From assembly GCA_040285825.1 (NCBI GenBank), contig JAUPSS010000002.1, positions 3,100,001 through 3,164,000 on the forward strand: 64,000 nucleotides of DNA, written 5' to 3'. How positions within the stretch are numbered: the first letter of the stretch is position 1; every line of letters begins with the position of its first letter. The DNA comes from Eukaryota sp. TZLM1-RC. Lineage: Eukaryota > Protista > Metamonada: BaSk clade. The position numbers and the translations under genes were made by a program. Shown one piece after another: positions 1-13,441 of this stretch. The notes beneath the pieces were generated by a model. It worked only from the letters and a program-made list of their open reading frames with translations. It did not search any database and was not told the DNA's origin.

Positions 1-60
1 CCACTACCCCCAGTACCATTGTAATTTGCTCATTTACTGATCCTATATACAGCTCTGAAT

Positions 61-500
61 ACGGAATGGTTAGATGAAGCGACTATTTCCAATTATCTTT
101 CCACTTTGAAATCTTCACACATAGATTTCATCCATTCTGCAACCATTGTCGACTTCCTCAATAACGACGATTTGGCATCAGAGCATATGAAAACAGTATG
201 TGTTTTATTCCTGTCAATGACAATATACAAGGGAATGGTTGTTCACATTGGAGTTAATTAATCTTTGAAAACTTTAATAATACGAGATATTTTTACTATT
301 TAGATTCTTAGACTAAATCACTTAATTTTGAAGTTGCAAAATTGATAGTTAATCAGTTTGGTGACTTGGCGCCAATTGTCACTTTAAATAACAAACCACG
401 ACAAGCTAATGGATATGATTGTGGAGTGTTTGTATGTTGGTACGCTGCTATGGCCAAGCAGGTGTATGAATCCAATGACACCACTTGGATTTGGTGAATT
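61..500 (+). pseudogene. Ulp1/C48 (SENP8/NEDP1-like) cysteine protease remnant
   Basis: Manual translation gives EWLDEATISNY, FIPVNDN, SHWS*LI (catalytic His), FYYLDS (Asp) and PRQANGYDCGVFV (Gln/Cys), broken by stops and a frameshift. Confidence 0.7.
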
Positions 501-929
501 TTATAGATTTTTTATATGGATCTGGATTAAACGTGGCTGAATTCAGAATGAATTTAGAAATTTAAGATATTCAACTTTGCACTGATAGTGAAATCAAAGA
601 AGCTAGTACCAGAAATCATCAGGATTAACTACAATCTGGATCAAGACTAGACAGTCAGCCCAGAAAAACAAAGTCAACAGCAAGATCAACCCCTCCTTCA
701 AAAATTGTAAGACCAAAACCATTAATTGTTGACTAACAAACATCAAAGGGTAAGCGAAAACGACAACAATAAGCACTGAACAGAGAAATTTGTATTGAGA
801 ATACAATGTTGAATATTGAGATCAGGAAGATTTTGACAAAAAGACCATTGAAACCGAGTATGGTTGGAACAATTGAGCCAAGTCTTAGCGGCTTCAAGCC
901 TGATCCATTGATTAAGTTGAAATCAATGA

Positions 930-1728
930 CGACAAATCAAAATCTTCCCACTGTTATGTGCTTTGATCTTGAAACCTATCAGGATGGTCATCTTTACCAA
1001 AGACATGATGGCCAATTTCTCCCTCCTGACGAGATTATCAACAAAAGGAGAAAAGAGGGTACAAATCTTTTGAAAAAGAAAACTGATGAGCAAATGGGTG
1101 AGTGGATTTCAGATCAAGAAGTGTTTTTACTTTCGATTGTTATTGGTAAATTTGACATAATTTCTTTTTGGAGAGTAAATATTCACTTATGTTGAGAACG
1201 AGTCCTCAAGTCAGCAGATTACCAGAAATTGCTACGGATATTCAGGCAGAAATTTTCTCTGACGAGAAAACCTTGCTTCGTAAGTTCTTAAACCTTATTG
1301 GTAATAATTAACCACATTGTTTTCTTAGTCACAACCTAATGCAGTTTGATTTACAGGTTTTAAAAAATAGATTAAATTATTTTGATTTGCCATTTCCTAC
1401 TGTTCGAGATGGTACAGCAATTGATGTACTCAATCAACTTTCACCAAGATGGAGAGAAGTTGTCATCAGGGAAAATGGCTTTTTTCTTTAAGATACTTGG
1501 TTTTTTGCCAAAAAATTCATAAAAATACCTTACGGACATGGATAAAGCAATCTGGCATATAGAATGATAAATGAAAAGAAAATCAAACTTCATCAGGAAT
1601 TTTCCCATATTTGACCAATTGATTGCTTAGCTACTTCTCCTCTGAGACAAAATTCAATTCAATATGGGCTTCATGATTGTATCCTTTGTCTGAAACTTTT
1701 CGTGCTGTTTCAAAAAGATAAATTCATT
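930..1728 (+). pseudogene. Family B DNA polymerase 3'-5' exonuclease domain remnant
   Basis: ExoI VMCFDLETY, FSDEKTLLRKFLNLI, ExoII SHNLMQFDLQVLKNRL and ExoIII YGLHDCILCLKL. Several in-frame stops and a frameshift. Confidence 0.7.
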
Positions 1729-2454
1729 TTATCATCTTATAAAACCATTCGAGCAACCGTCAACTCAATGGTTAAACATTCAAATGTGATACTCAAATTG
1801 AGAGAAACTGCTTCAAAATTTCAACAATTGCGAATTCACACCACTTGTTGCTTAAAGCTGTATTTACAGTCCCGATTTGAACGTAATTTAGTACTACCAC
1901 AAATATCTACCAAATTAAATGAATCATTAATGGCCAGAAGTCGTTATTCTTCAGTTGAGTATTATGGGCAAAAAATGGTAAAGCCAAAAAGTGCATTTCC
2001 ACAGGATTTTGAAGACTTTGTTTATGGTGAAGGAGATTATAGATTATCGACTACCTTTGAACAACAAAAGTTGAACAAAACTATAAGATATTTTGATCAC
2101 TTGAGACACAAGCCTGAGCAGTTTCCACGACTCCTAACTGATGGATTCAGTAGACCTCCCGAGTATATGGACCCAGTGATGTTTGCAACTTTTGAGAATA
2201 ATTTGAAATTAAATTGTGAAAAACATTTCAATCGTTTTAATAACGTCTATTTTGCCAAAGTAGATGTGGAAAATGTGTTAGCAGAAATGCACAAACTGGG
2301 TGGGTACGCAACACCATTATCTACAATAATTTCATTATATAGACTGAGACTTCGAAAATTCAAAAACATATTTTTAGTTGATGGTAGAGATTACTTGAGC
2401 TTTTTAAGACTTGTACCTGAAATATTTCAGACCTTCTTGATGATGAGTTTTTAA
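1729..2454 (+). pseudogene. Fanzor1-like N-terminal (WED/REC) fragment
   Basis: YKTIRATVNSM...IHTTCCLKLYL...LPQI...EYMDPVMFATFENNLKLNCEKHFNRF resembles my recollection of Fanzor1 N-termini. No RuvC follows. Recognition by eye only. Confidence 0.55.
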
Positions 2455-5033
2455 ATTTGTGTCAAGATCATGATATTTGAAACAATGAATGTGACGAAAT
2501 CATTTATGATCTTATAACGTCATTTACTTGTCAAATTGAGAATTTAGTCACGGATGAAAGTCTGAGTGCCTTTACTCACTTATTCACAGTTATAGCTTCT
2601 AGTTTTCACAAAAACTGTATCTTGAGATGTTCAAGAGAAGGTAAAAGAAAAATATACTTGAAAATAGAACCTACAAAGATCCAAAAACATGTAGACTTTA
2701 CAGACACACGTAATCAGATCTATCTTGACCGTAATCAACCTCAAACAGTTAAGAACTGAATGATTGATGATGACTCAGTCGTTTATGTAAACATAAATAG
2801 AGACTATAAATAAAGAGAATTACTCTCAATATTTGGTAAAGACTCCGATAAACAATTACAAACTATTAAGTACATCAACCATGAAATACAATTAACATTA
2901 AATACAACTAATAATTGACAAGATAATGATAAAACAAAGTAAGTAAATTAAACCCAAAGATAAATTATCAATTATTGAATTAATTTAATTAAATAATAAT
3001 TATATTAGCAATATGAATTGTTATTTTTTCAACATCAGTAATGGTAATTATGGAAGATTTGGAATTTGATTTTTGTAATAACAGGCCAACAGCGGTCAAG
3101 GTAAGCTCAGAATTATCAATCAAAATGATTGAATCAGTATTTGAATCTAAATCAGAATTACCAAGATGCCACGTATACCAACTGAAAGGAAACAGGAGAA
3201 AATTAAACCCAAAGATAGATATTACATTGATGAAATTGAAATACAAATAATGCGTTAAAAAACCAGATGACATTAGAGGAAAACCTAGTTGGTTAAAATT
3301 CAGTAGCTTCATCAATGACCAATTTTGATTAAAGCATTAATATACTGAACATCTGGTTAAACACAATAAAGATAGAATCAATTAGTTTCAAATAAAATAG
3401 AAACAGAAGCACTAATTACAATTAGCGGTCTTCAATAGGATTGACAATTGATCCTTCATCTTGAGAATAACTTTACAAAGATTTGCTGCTTAAAATCAAA
3501 AACAGTTGCTTTGAAATTAGAAGTGGTAATTCAAAATGACCATCAGTAGCAGTTGAATCACGAACAAGAAGAGCTTCTTAATCAATAGTAGAATCAGTAG
3601 TAACAATTGATTGAGATTGACAACCAACAACAAGTACCTCATCAAAATCAACATTAGATTTAACAAGGGTAATAAGAGGTTCATCATTAGCAAACCCACT
3701 AATAACTTTACCATCAGAATCAACTGGACCTAAAGTTTTGACATTGGTGAAAATGAAGTATCAGTAGTAGAGCGATAAATTCAATAATTTTGAATAAAAT
3801 TAAAAATGTAAATGTTATGGATTTGTCTAAGTGACCACAAGAATATATACACCTCTGGTCAAGGGTTCGAGTCTCAGTGATGGCACAAAATTAAGCTATA
3901 CACAGAACAAAGACAAAGGAGAGAGCACACAAATACAGTTTGTGAAGGATCATCAATAACTAAAGAATACTTACTTGCTGCTGGAAATCAAATGCGGGTC
4001 ATAACGAAGAAGAAGTGCATACAGTTTAATTGTGGGGTATGTCCCAAATGGTGGAATTGGAAGAGAGATCGTAAAGGGAGAAACAATGGTCTTCAAAGGT
4101 AGAGTTAATGAGGGAGAAAAGCCATTGAGAGGCAACAGTGAAGAGGACGTAAAAAATATGCCAACAACAGAAACCTTGAGTGACTGCTGACCAAACGACG
4201 GGAAAGGCTCAATGGAGGCGAAACTAGTAACCTTGATATCGAAGAAGAGAGGTTGGAGACCGTTGGAACTGCTCAAGATTTCATATGTAAGAAAATCCAG
4301 GTCATTTCTCTTTTAGAAATCTATTTTTAGTCAGTGTTATAACATAATAACTTATTGACCATGCCATACGCGTACGGTGTTTGGCATTTTGCATATGATT
4401 GCATGTATGGCACCATATATTATTAATTTATTTATATTTATTTATATTAATAAGAGGTATTATGAAAATGGTATGCGTCTCACTTTCAATTTCTCCCTCA
4501 CCACTTCCATTCTCTTCTCCAGTGTCGTCTTCATGTTGTTGACATTGAGTCCTGGTGGCTAGGAGCAGGAGTTTTTACTAACGTAAATACTTGCTTTTTG
4601 GTGACCAACACACTGCTGCAATGGTTTCAAAATAAATTGATAAGATTTCTTAACTTTTGTATGTTCCTACATTGTCAAAATCCCATAACGTAATACCTGA
4701 AAATTTACCATTTTTTTTACTTTACACCCGCTTTGTCCTTGACTCCTCAGCTTCGTATTATCAGTCTTAAAACCTTACGTTTATTCTTCACAAGCCAAAC
4801 TCAAACAGTCAATTCAACGTCCGTTATGAGACTGGAAGAACTGTGATTGACAAAAATCACTACGTAGGTACAGGTAATTTTTCGAATTGCCTTTGGTGTT
4901 CGTGAAAGAGAAAACTATACTTTGTACACCATTGACAATTGTTATTCAAGCTGAAAAATATAGTTTAAAAAAGGATTTTTAAAGGAGGAATTGCCAATGA
5001 ATATGTACTAAAACATCTAAAGTTTTGACATTA

Positions 5034-5112
5034 TGTCGCCTAAAGTCTATTGTAATAAAGAAAAGTCTGATTTATTTTCTATTCATATTATATAAGCTTT
5101 AGGGCGCCAAAA
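5034..5112 (-). repeat. 3' LTR (79 bp)
   Basis: 4 mismatches to the LTR at 61264-61342. Preceded on the minus strand by the purine tract AAATAGGGAAAATGCAG. Confidence 0.9.
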
Positions 5113-5241
5113 CTGCATTTTCCCTATTTCAATATAAATCAGCTAATATGAATATGAAACAAAACTATATACAAGAAACTAAATAACTATAAATAAATAT
5201 ATATAGTCGATATAATATAAATAATCGATATAAACTAATAA

Positions 5242-8200
5242 TTAGCTTCGCTTCCTATTTCTGTTACTACGTCTAGGCCTCGTGGAAGGCGTAGACTCAT
5301 TGGTGGTACCTTTACGTTGGCTAGTTTTACGTTTACCAATTTTCTTGTTATTCTTATTGAACAACTTGTAAGCTTCTGAATGTTTAACTGAATGGAGAGG
5401 CTCTTCTGTTGTCTCACCGCCAAACCATTGTACAGTACAGAAACTACGTGAATCAGAACTATATTCTGAGAGGATTTTCTCCATAACGTGTTTTTCAACA
5501 TCGCCTGCTGCGACTGCTTTGAGGTACTCCATATCCTGTGTGTTTTCAGCATTATAGATTTTACAATCTTTCTTGGCAGCTTTTAATTCTGTGCCAGTAG
5601 TAAGATTCTTCAATAATAATGTGGATTTGGCGGGAAGGTCAATAACTAAGAATGGTCCATTCCAAGATCCAAGTCACCAATATTAAATACTATAAAACAC
5701 GAATAAGTATTATTTACTGAAGACGGAGTATTAAATGTTTGGTGACGCTCTGCTTCTTGCCTTTTTTGTAGACGAGTATTTTTCAATTTAATGTCATCTG
5801 ATAAAGGAATATTAGTTTCGAATTTGGATAAATTTCCTAATATGTTAGCAGGGTCTGTTCTTGGACTAATCGAAGAACCGAACATAAGTTCGTAGGGGGT
5901 AAAGCCAGTTTTTCTGCTTTTAGTAGAATTTATCAATAGTTGGGATATAGGTACATAAGTAGATTAATTTCCGTAATCATTAAAATCTATTAATAGTTTC
6001 CTTAAGCATTGGAGAACGTCTCTATGTTTACGTTCTGCATGTCCATTACTTTCTGAATAGTGGGGAATTGAGTTACTCATCTCAATCGCTAATCTATTAC
6101 ACACTTTTTTGACAGTCTCATTGGCGAACTCAGGTCCATTATCGCTATGAATTAACATAGGCATGCCAAAAAATGCGCAAACGTTCCAAATCAACGCATC
6201 TGCGGTTTTTAAGACATTGAGTTCTTTTAAAGGGAATAAAATTGTATATCCAGTAAAAGAGTCTACAAATACTAATAAATATTTATTTCCTTCGTTGTCG
6301 GTGTTCAGAGGTCCATTTGTATCGACGTTTAATCTGGCAGATGGACGATCTGCCCATAGAGATCCTGTGGAAGGTGTTTTTGACCTTTTAACTGGAGCCG
6401 TTTTTTGACAAGTTGGGCAACTTTTGACATAATTTATGAGGTCCTTTCTCATATTAGGCCAGTAGAAGTCACTTTTGGATAGTTTGTGTAAACTATCGTT
6501 TTTGTTGGGGTGGCCAGATTGAACTAAACCATGTATTAATAATAGTGCCTGTTTTCTGAGGTTCTTTGGAATTAAAATTATATTTTTATTATTTTTCCAA
6601 ATTTGAGTATTTTCATCTAGAATTGCATTTTCAATTCTAAAGAGTCATTGTTGTTTTGGGCTATTTGTTGTTCAGATCTTATTTTAGAGAACCAAGAAGA
6701 AAAATGGGTAAGTCTTGGTGTCTACTTAAAGATAAAATTGATGGGATATCTTCAAAGTCCGAATCAGAATCATCGCCTAGTGGAGGTACCTTCGTAATTC
6801 GAAAGTACAGTATCTGGTATATTCATACTACAAATAGAAGGAGTTTCCTCGTTTTGATCCAAATCAATATTCCTCGATAGCATATCTGCCCAATGGTTAT
6901 CTTCACCAGGTTCATGGACTATATCAAAGTCGAATTCAGATAGTATCGGCAGCCATCTCTTCACAATTCTATTTTTCTCTGGGGCTGCGGCCAGGAATGC
7001 AATGTTTTTGTGATCACTGAAAATTGTCAAATGTCTAGTTAATAGGTAGCTTTCTAAACAACTTTCAGTTAAAATCAAGAGTATTGCATATAATTCTTTC
7101 TGTAAAGCGGACCATTTTCTTTTGTTTCTGTGAGTAATCAACTATAGAATGACAAAGGTTTCACTTTCCTTTTATTTAGCGGGGTTCCTGCAGGGGAGTA
7201 GGGTTCAATTTCTTGCCAAATTACGCCTCCTACTGCTACATCTGAAGCGTCAGTACTTATTAATACTCGCTTGCCCGCAGCTGGTAATTCAAGGGGCATG
7301 TGGTTTACAATTAAATCTTTGATTTGCTTTAGATAATCGTCATGCTCATTGGTTTATTTAATAATTCTAGGTTTTCCTTTTATTAAATCGTTAATTGGAG
7401 CTATTAATTCAGAAATTCCAGGAAGCCAATCTCTTATGTAATTGATTGATCCAAACAAGGAGTGAACCTCTTTCACTGTTTTTGGTCTGGGTATTTTCAT
7501 AAGGGCTTCAATATTTTTCATGCTGATAAACCTAGCTTTGTTCTGGAAGGTGCTTCCTAATATGTCAATGGGGTGTTTGGCTGTGACGAATTTGCATTTT
7601 CGTAAACCAATGTTTACCCGTCTTTTTCTGGCGCATTCGAGGACTCTTTGTAGTCTTCTGTAGAATTCATCAAATGAAGTACCGACTAATATGATGTCGT
7701 TTATGTTTATGAAAACGCCGTCTATTTGGAAAATTTCCATCATTACATTTTGGAATACTGCTGAGATATTCTTTAAACCGAAGCAAGCTCTTTTGAACAT
7801 GATGGACCTCCCAGGTATTGAAATTGATGTTTTTTCAATATCTTTTTCTGCTACGTTCATTTGCCAGAAAACTTTTGGTAAATCAAGTGTGGCAATGTAG
7901 TCTACTTAAAAATTTCAATATGTCACTAATCCGCGATAAATTAGGTTCGACAGAAATTGTATGGGCTTTAACACCATCTTTACGACTGAAGTCACCAGTG
8001 AATCTAGGTTTTCTATCATCTGGATAGATAACTAGGATAATTGCAGAGCTTAATTTATCAAGAGCTTTGATGAGCTCATTCCTTTCGTTAAGGGGAATTT
8101 CTAATACCTTTTGGGTATCCCCAACCATACCGAGAGTCTGAAAACTAACGTTTCTGCCACTTTTATGAGTATAGCTCCACAGAGGAGGAAGCTGGTCGAA

Positions 8201-8588
8201 CAGACAAAAATCTGTAGGTTCGAGGTAAGCTTCCGCATCCTCTCTTAAAAACTTATAGAACCCATCGGAAGAGTCGTCTTCTCACTCCATTTCATCTAGT
8301 TGAGATTGAATTTCTTCATACTCTCCTAGTGGGGAAGACGTGTCTAAGGTGTGATTTCCATCCGTTCCTTTTGAGACAGGTTCTACATTTGGGAGGAAAA
8401 AAGGAGCCGGGTGTGTTCTCTTTGCCTCGTCTGTTTCTTCTTTCCTTTTGAGGGGAGAGGGAGCCGGGTCCGTTCTCGTAACCTCTTTCTCGTCTGAAGG
8501 AGGGACCTCATCCTCTCTTTCAACTTCTTCTTTCTTGGAGGTAGAAGGTGGGATCTGGGTCCGTTACCTCGTTACCCTTTTCGTCATG
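5242..8588 (-). pseudogene. Gypsy gag/pol remnant, copy A (RT, RNase H, integrase, GPF motif, chromodomain-like)
   Basis: RT ACFGLKN...ININD (YxDD decayed); RNase H TDASD/KELYAI/SDHKN; integrase CPTCQ, IHSDNGPEF, SNGHAER; GSWNGPF; MEKILS...VQWFGGETTEEP. Multiple stops and frameshifts. Confidence 0.9.
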
Positions 8589-8667
8589 TGTTGCCTAAAG
8601 TCTATTGTAGTAAAGAAAAGTCTGATTTATTTTCTATTCATATTATATAAGCCTTAGGGCGCCAACA
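8589..8667 (-). repeat. Middle LTR (79 bp)
   Basis: Identical to the reverse complement of 61264-61342. Adjacent PPT GAAAAAGGGAAGAAGCAG. Confidence 0.93.
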
Positions 8668-8789
8668 CTGCTTCTTCCCTTTTTCAAAATGAATCAGCTT
8701 ATATGAATATGGAATAAAAACTATATACAAACAACGAAATAACTATAATAAATACATATAATCGATATAATATAAATAATCGATATAAA

Positions 8790-11700
8790 CTAAGAATTAG
8801 CTCCTCTTCCTAATTCTACAACTGCGTCTAGGCTTCTTAGGAGGCGTAGACTTATTGGAGGTACCTTGTCGTCGACTAGTGGTACGTTTTCCCATTTTCT
8901 TGTTATCGTTACTAAATAACTTATAAGCTTCTGAGTGTTTAACTGAATGGAGTGGCTCTTCCGTTGTGTCACCGCCGTTGTGTCACTGTTCTGTACTGAA
9001 CAGTACAGAAACTACCTGAATCAGAGTGGTATTCTGAGAGGATTTTCTCTATAAAGTGTTTTTCAACATCGCCTGCTGCGACTGCTTTGAGGTACTCCAT
9101 ATCCTGTGTGTTTTCAGCATTATAGATTTTACAATCTTTCTTGGCAGCTTTTAATTCTGTGCCAGTAGTAAGATTCTTCAATAATAATGTGGATTTGGCA
9201 GGAAGGTCAATAACTAAGAATGGTCCATTCCAAGATCCAAGTCACCAATATTAAATACTATAAAACACGAATAAGTATTATTTACTGAAGACGGAGTATT
9301 AAATGTTTGGTGACGCTCTGCTTCTTGCCTTTTTTGTAGACGAGTATTTTTCAATTTAATGTCATCTGATAAAGGAATATTAGTTTCGAATTTGGATAAA
9401 TTTCCTAATATGTTAGCAGGGTCTGTTCTTGGACTAATCGAAGAACCGAACATAAGTTCGTAATGGGTAAAGCCAGTTTTTCTGCTTTTAGTAGAATTTA
9501 TCAATAGTTGGGATATAGGTACATAAGTAGACCAATTTCCGTAATCATTAAAATCTAATAATAGTTTCCTTAAGCATTGGAGAACGTCTCTATGTTTACG
9601 TTCTGCATGTCCATTACTTTCTGAATAGTGGGGAATTGAGTTACTCATCTCAATCGCTAATCTATTACACACTTTTTTGACAGTCTCATTGGCGAACTCA
9701 GGTCCATTATCGCTATGAATTAACATAGGCATGCCAAAAAATGCGCAAACGTTCCAAATCAACGCATCTGCGGTTTTTAAGACATTGAGTTCTTTTAAAG
9801 GGAATAAAATTGTATATCCAGTAAAAGAGTCTACAAATACTAATAAATATTTATTTCCTTCGTTGTCGGTGTTCAGAGGTCCATTTGTATCGACGTTTAA
9901 TCTGGCAGATGGACGATCTGCCCATAGAGATCCTGTCGAAGGTGTTTTTGACCTTTTAACTGGAGCCGTTTTTTGACAAGTTGGGCAACTTTTGACATAA
10001 TTTATGAGGTTCTTTCTCATATTAGGCCAGTAGAAGTCACTTTGGATTTTTTGTGTAAACTATCGTTTTTGCTGGGGTGACCAGATTGAACTAAACCATG
10101 TATTAATAATAGTGCCGGTTTTCTGAGGTTCTTTGGAATTAAAATTATATTTCTATTATTTTTCCAAATTTGATTATTTTCATTTAGAATTGCATTTTCA
10201 AATAAAGAGTCATTGTTGTTTTGAGCTGTTTGTTGTTCAGATCTTGTTTTAGAGAACCAAGAAGAAAAATGGGTAAGTCTTGGTGTCTACTTAAAGATAA
10301 AATTGATGGGATATCTTCAAAGTCCGAATCAGAATCATCGCCTAGTGGAGGTATCTTCGTAATTCGAAAGTACAGTATCTGGTATACTTATCCTACAAAT
10401 AGAAGCAGTTTCCTCGTTTTGATCCAAATCAATATTCCTCGATAGCATATCTGCCCAATGGTTATCTTCACCAGGTTCATGGACTACATCAAAGTCGAAT
10501 TCAGATAGTATCGGCAGCCATCTCTTCACAATTCTATTTTTCTCTGGGGCTGTGGCCAGAAATGCAATGTTTTTGTGATCAGTGAAAATTGTTAAATGTC
10601 TAGTTAATAGGTAGTTTTCTAAACAACTTTCAGTTAAAATCAAGAGTATTGCATATAGTTCTTTCTGTAAAGTGGACCATTTTCTTTTGTTTCTGTGAGT
10701 AATCAACTATAGAATGACAAAAGTTTCACCTTCCTTTTATTTAGCGGGGTTCCTGCAGGGGAGTAGGGTTCAATTTCTTGCCAAATTACGCCTCCTACTG
10801 CTACATCTGAAGCGTCAGTACTTATTAATACTCGCTTGCCCGCAGCTGGTAATTCAAGGGGCATGTGGTTTACAATTAAATCTTTGACTTGCTTTAGATA
10901 ATCGTCATGCTCATTGGTTTATTTAATAATTCTAGGTTTTCCTTTTATTAAATCGTTAATTGGAGCTATTAATTCATAAATTCCAGGAAGCCAATTCTTA
11001 TGTAATTGATTGATCCAAACAAGGAGTGAACCTCTTTCACGTTTTTTGGTCTGGGTATTTTCCTAAGGGCTTCAATATTTTCCATGTTGATAAACCTAGC
11101 TTTGTTCTGGAAGGTGCTTCCTTATATGTCAATGGGGTGTTTGGCTGTGACGAATTTGCATTTTCGTAAACCAATGTTTACCCGTCTTTTTCTGGCGCAT
11201 TCGAGGACTCTTTGTAGTCTTCTGTAGAATTCATCAAATGAAGTACCGACTATTATGATGTCGTCTATATATATGAAAACGCCGTCTATTTGGAAAATTT
11301 GGATCATTACATTTTGGAATACTGCTGGGATATTCTTTAAACCGAAGCAAGCTCTTTTGAACATGATGGACCTCCCAGGTATTGAAATTGATGTTTTTTC
11401 AATATTTTTTTCTGCTACGTTCATTTGCCAGAAAGCTTTTGGTAAATAAAATGTGGCAATGTAGTCAGCTCTAATTAAAAATTTCTATATGTCACTAATC
11501 CGCAATAAAATAGGTTCGACAGAAATTGTGTGGGCTTTAACACCATCTTTACGACTGAAGTCACCAGTGAATCTAGGTTTTCTATCATCTGGATAGATAA
11601 CTAGGATAATAGCAGAGCTTAATTTATCAAGAGCTTTGATGAGCTCATTCCTTTCGTTAAGGGGAATGTCTAATACCTTTTGGGTATCCCCAACCATACG

Positions 11701-12311
11701 GAGAGTCAGAAAACTAACGTTTCTGCCTCTTTTATGAGTATAGCTCCACAGAGGAGGAAGCTGGTCGAACAGACAAAAATCTGTAGGTTCGAGGTAAGCT
11801 TCCGCATCCTCTCTTAATAACTTATGCAACCCATCGGATGAGTCGTCTTCTCACTCCATTTCATCTAGTTGAGATTGAATTTCTTCATACTCTCCTAGTG
11901 GGGAAAACGTGTCTAAGGTGTGATTTCAATCCATTCCCTTTGAGACAGGATCTACATTTGGGAGGAAAAAAGGAGCCGGGTGTGTTCTCTTTGCCTCGTC
12001 TGTTTCTTCTTTACTTTTGAGGGGAGAGGGAGCAGGGTCCGTTCTCGTAACCTCTTTCTCGTCTGAAGAAGGGACCTCATCCTCTCTTTCAACTTCTTCT
12101 TTCTTGGAGGTAGAAGGTGGGATCTGGGTCCGTTACCTTGTTACCCTTTTCGTCATGTGTATGTGTGTGTTGCTGGTTCCAGTTGCTGCATGTTAGGTGA
12201 AAGATGTCTGAAAGATGTCTGAAATTCTGTAAAGGTTTCTGGAAGATGTTCACTAGTAAAGTACTGGGTTTATGAGCGGTATACCTTGACTTTAATATGG
12301 CCAATAATTAT
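8790..12311 (-). pseudogene. Gypsy gag/pol remnant, copy B
   Basis: Near-identical to copy A. RT retains YIDD (ORF 11122-11424), integrase core is ORF 9214-10020, and frameshifts are present. Confidence 0.9.
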
Positions 12312-12390
12312 TGTTGCCTTAGGTCTATTGTAATAAAGAAAAGTCTGATTTATTTTCCATTCATATTATATAAGCCTTAGGGCGCCAACA
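12312..12390 (-). repeat. 5' LTR (79 bp)
   Basis: TGTTG...CAACA termini, followed on the minus strand by the same leader (ATAATTATTGGCCAT) as the element at 61343. Confidence 0.92.
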
Positions 12391-13441
12391 ATTAGTGAAA
12401 TATAAATTTGAATCGTCAGTGTTGATAAAAAAACCAGCATTAGATTCATGATGAACAATATCAAAGTCAGTAATGGTAATTGTGGAAGTAATGGAGTCAA
12501 TAATGTTGCTGAAATTGGAGCCAGACAAGTCCACAGTGGTCGAAGTAAGATCAGAATCATCAATCTTAAATAAGTCATCACAATTGGAATTTGAATCAGA
12601 AATGACAAGATCCCATGTACACTAAGTTACAGGAAAGAGGAAAATAAAAGAGTCGGAATGGGAGCTAACAACAACTACATCATCAAAATCAACAACGTAA
12701 TAAGAGAAATTAGAGGTTTATCATGAGTACTGCAACTAAAACTGAACATTCAAGACGAACTGGACCTCTGCTACATTGAACAAAACACTAGAAATGTTTC
12801 CATGTGCATCAGAATGAAGAGGACGAATCGTGTCTTAGTAGTGAAGAAAACAAGTGTAAACGTGACTTTATTTACGTGTCATGAGGTGAATCCTGACAAC
12901 AAACCAGAATAAAGAATTGACTCTACCATTTGAAGAAGGGTTCTTATTGTAACACTCATATTGGTATGGGGGTGAGAAAGGGCAGGGAAGAAAATATGAA
13001 TGAGCTAAAGAAGATACGTAAAGTTGTAATAACTGAAGTGGTCGCAGACAAGCTTCCGCCACAGTCAAATTTGATACAGTTACATCATATAAGATCAAAA
13101 ATTCAAAAAAATGAATCGAGAAGAAAGCAGTAATTGAGGTGGAGAAACCTAGTTACTCCTTATGCTGAGCACTTAAACTGTTAGAACTTAAGAAATCAGT
13201 AAAGTTTCAAAATCACACTGTACAAGCGAGGTGTATTTCAAGTTGTTCAACCCACTAGCGCTAAAGTAACGCTTAGAAAGGATCTGTTTTGAATGTGGCA
13301 AATTTGAAGAAGAACTTGCAGATGTTGGCAAGTCAATAATCGACAAGCAAGCGATTGATCTTCAATCATTTTTTCAATCAATTGAATGATCAATGACTTA
13401 AAATGAAAATTGAAAATTGAAATTGCATAAGCTTTGATTCA

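Larger units (their letters stand above)
5034..12390 (-). mobile_element. Tandem LTR-internal-LTR-internal-LTR Ty3/Gypsy deletion derivative
   Basis: Three 79-bp LTRs (5034-5112, 8589-8667, 12312-12390) and two near-identical ~3.5-kb internal regions in the order ORF1 fragment, RT, RNase H, integrase, chromodomain-like. ATTA on both outer flanks (5030-5033, 12391-12394). Confidence 0.92.

Noticed and set aside
3830-3890. GGTTCGAGTC T-loop/B-box motif suggesting a tRNA or SINE
   Set aside because: I could not build an acceptor stem, D arm or anticodon arm around it.
2460-4300. AT-rich decayed coding-like DNA with similarity between ~3085-3210 and ~12520-12650
   Set aside because: Probably fragments of a multicopy gene family, but no product can be supported.
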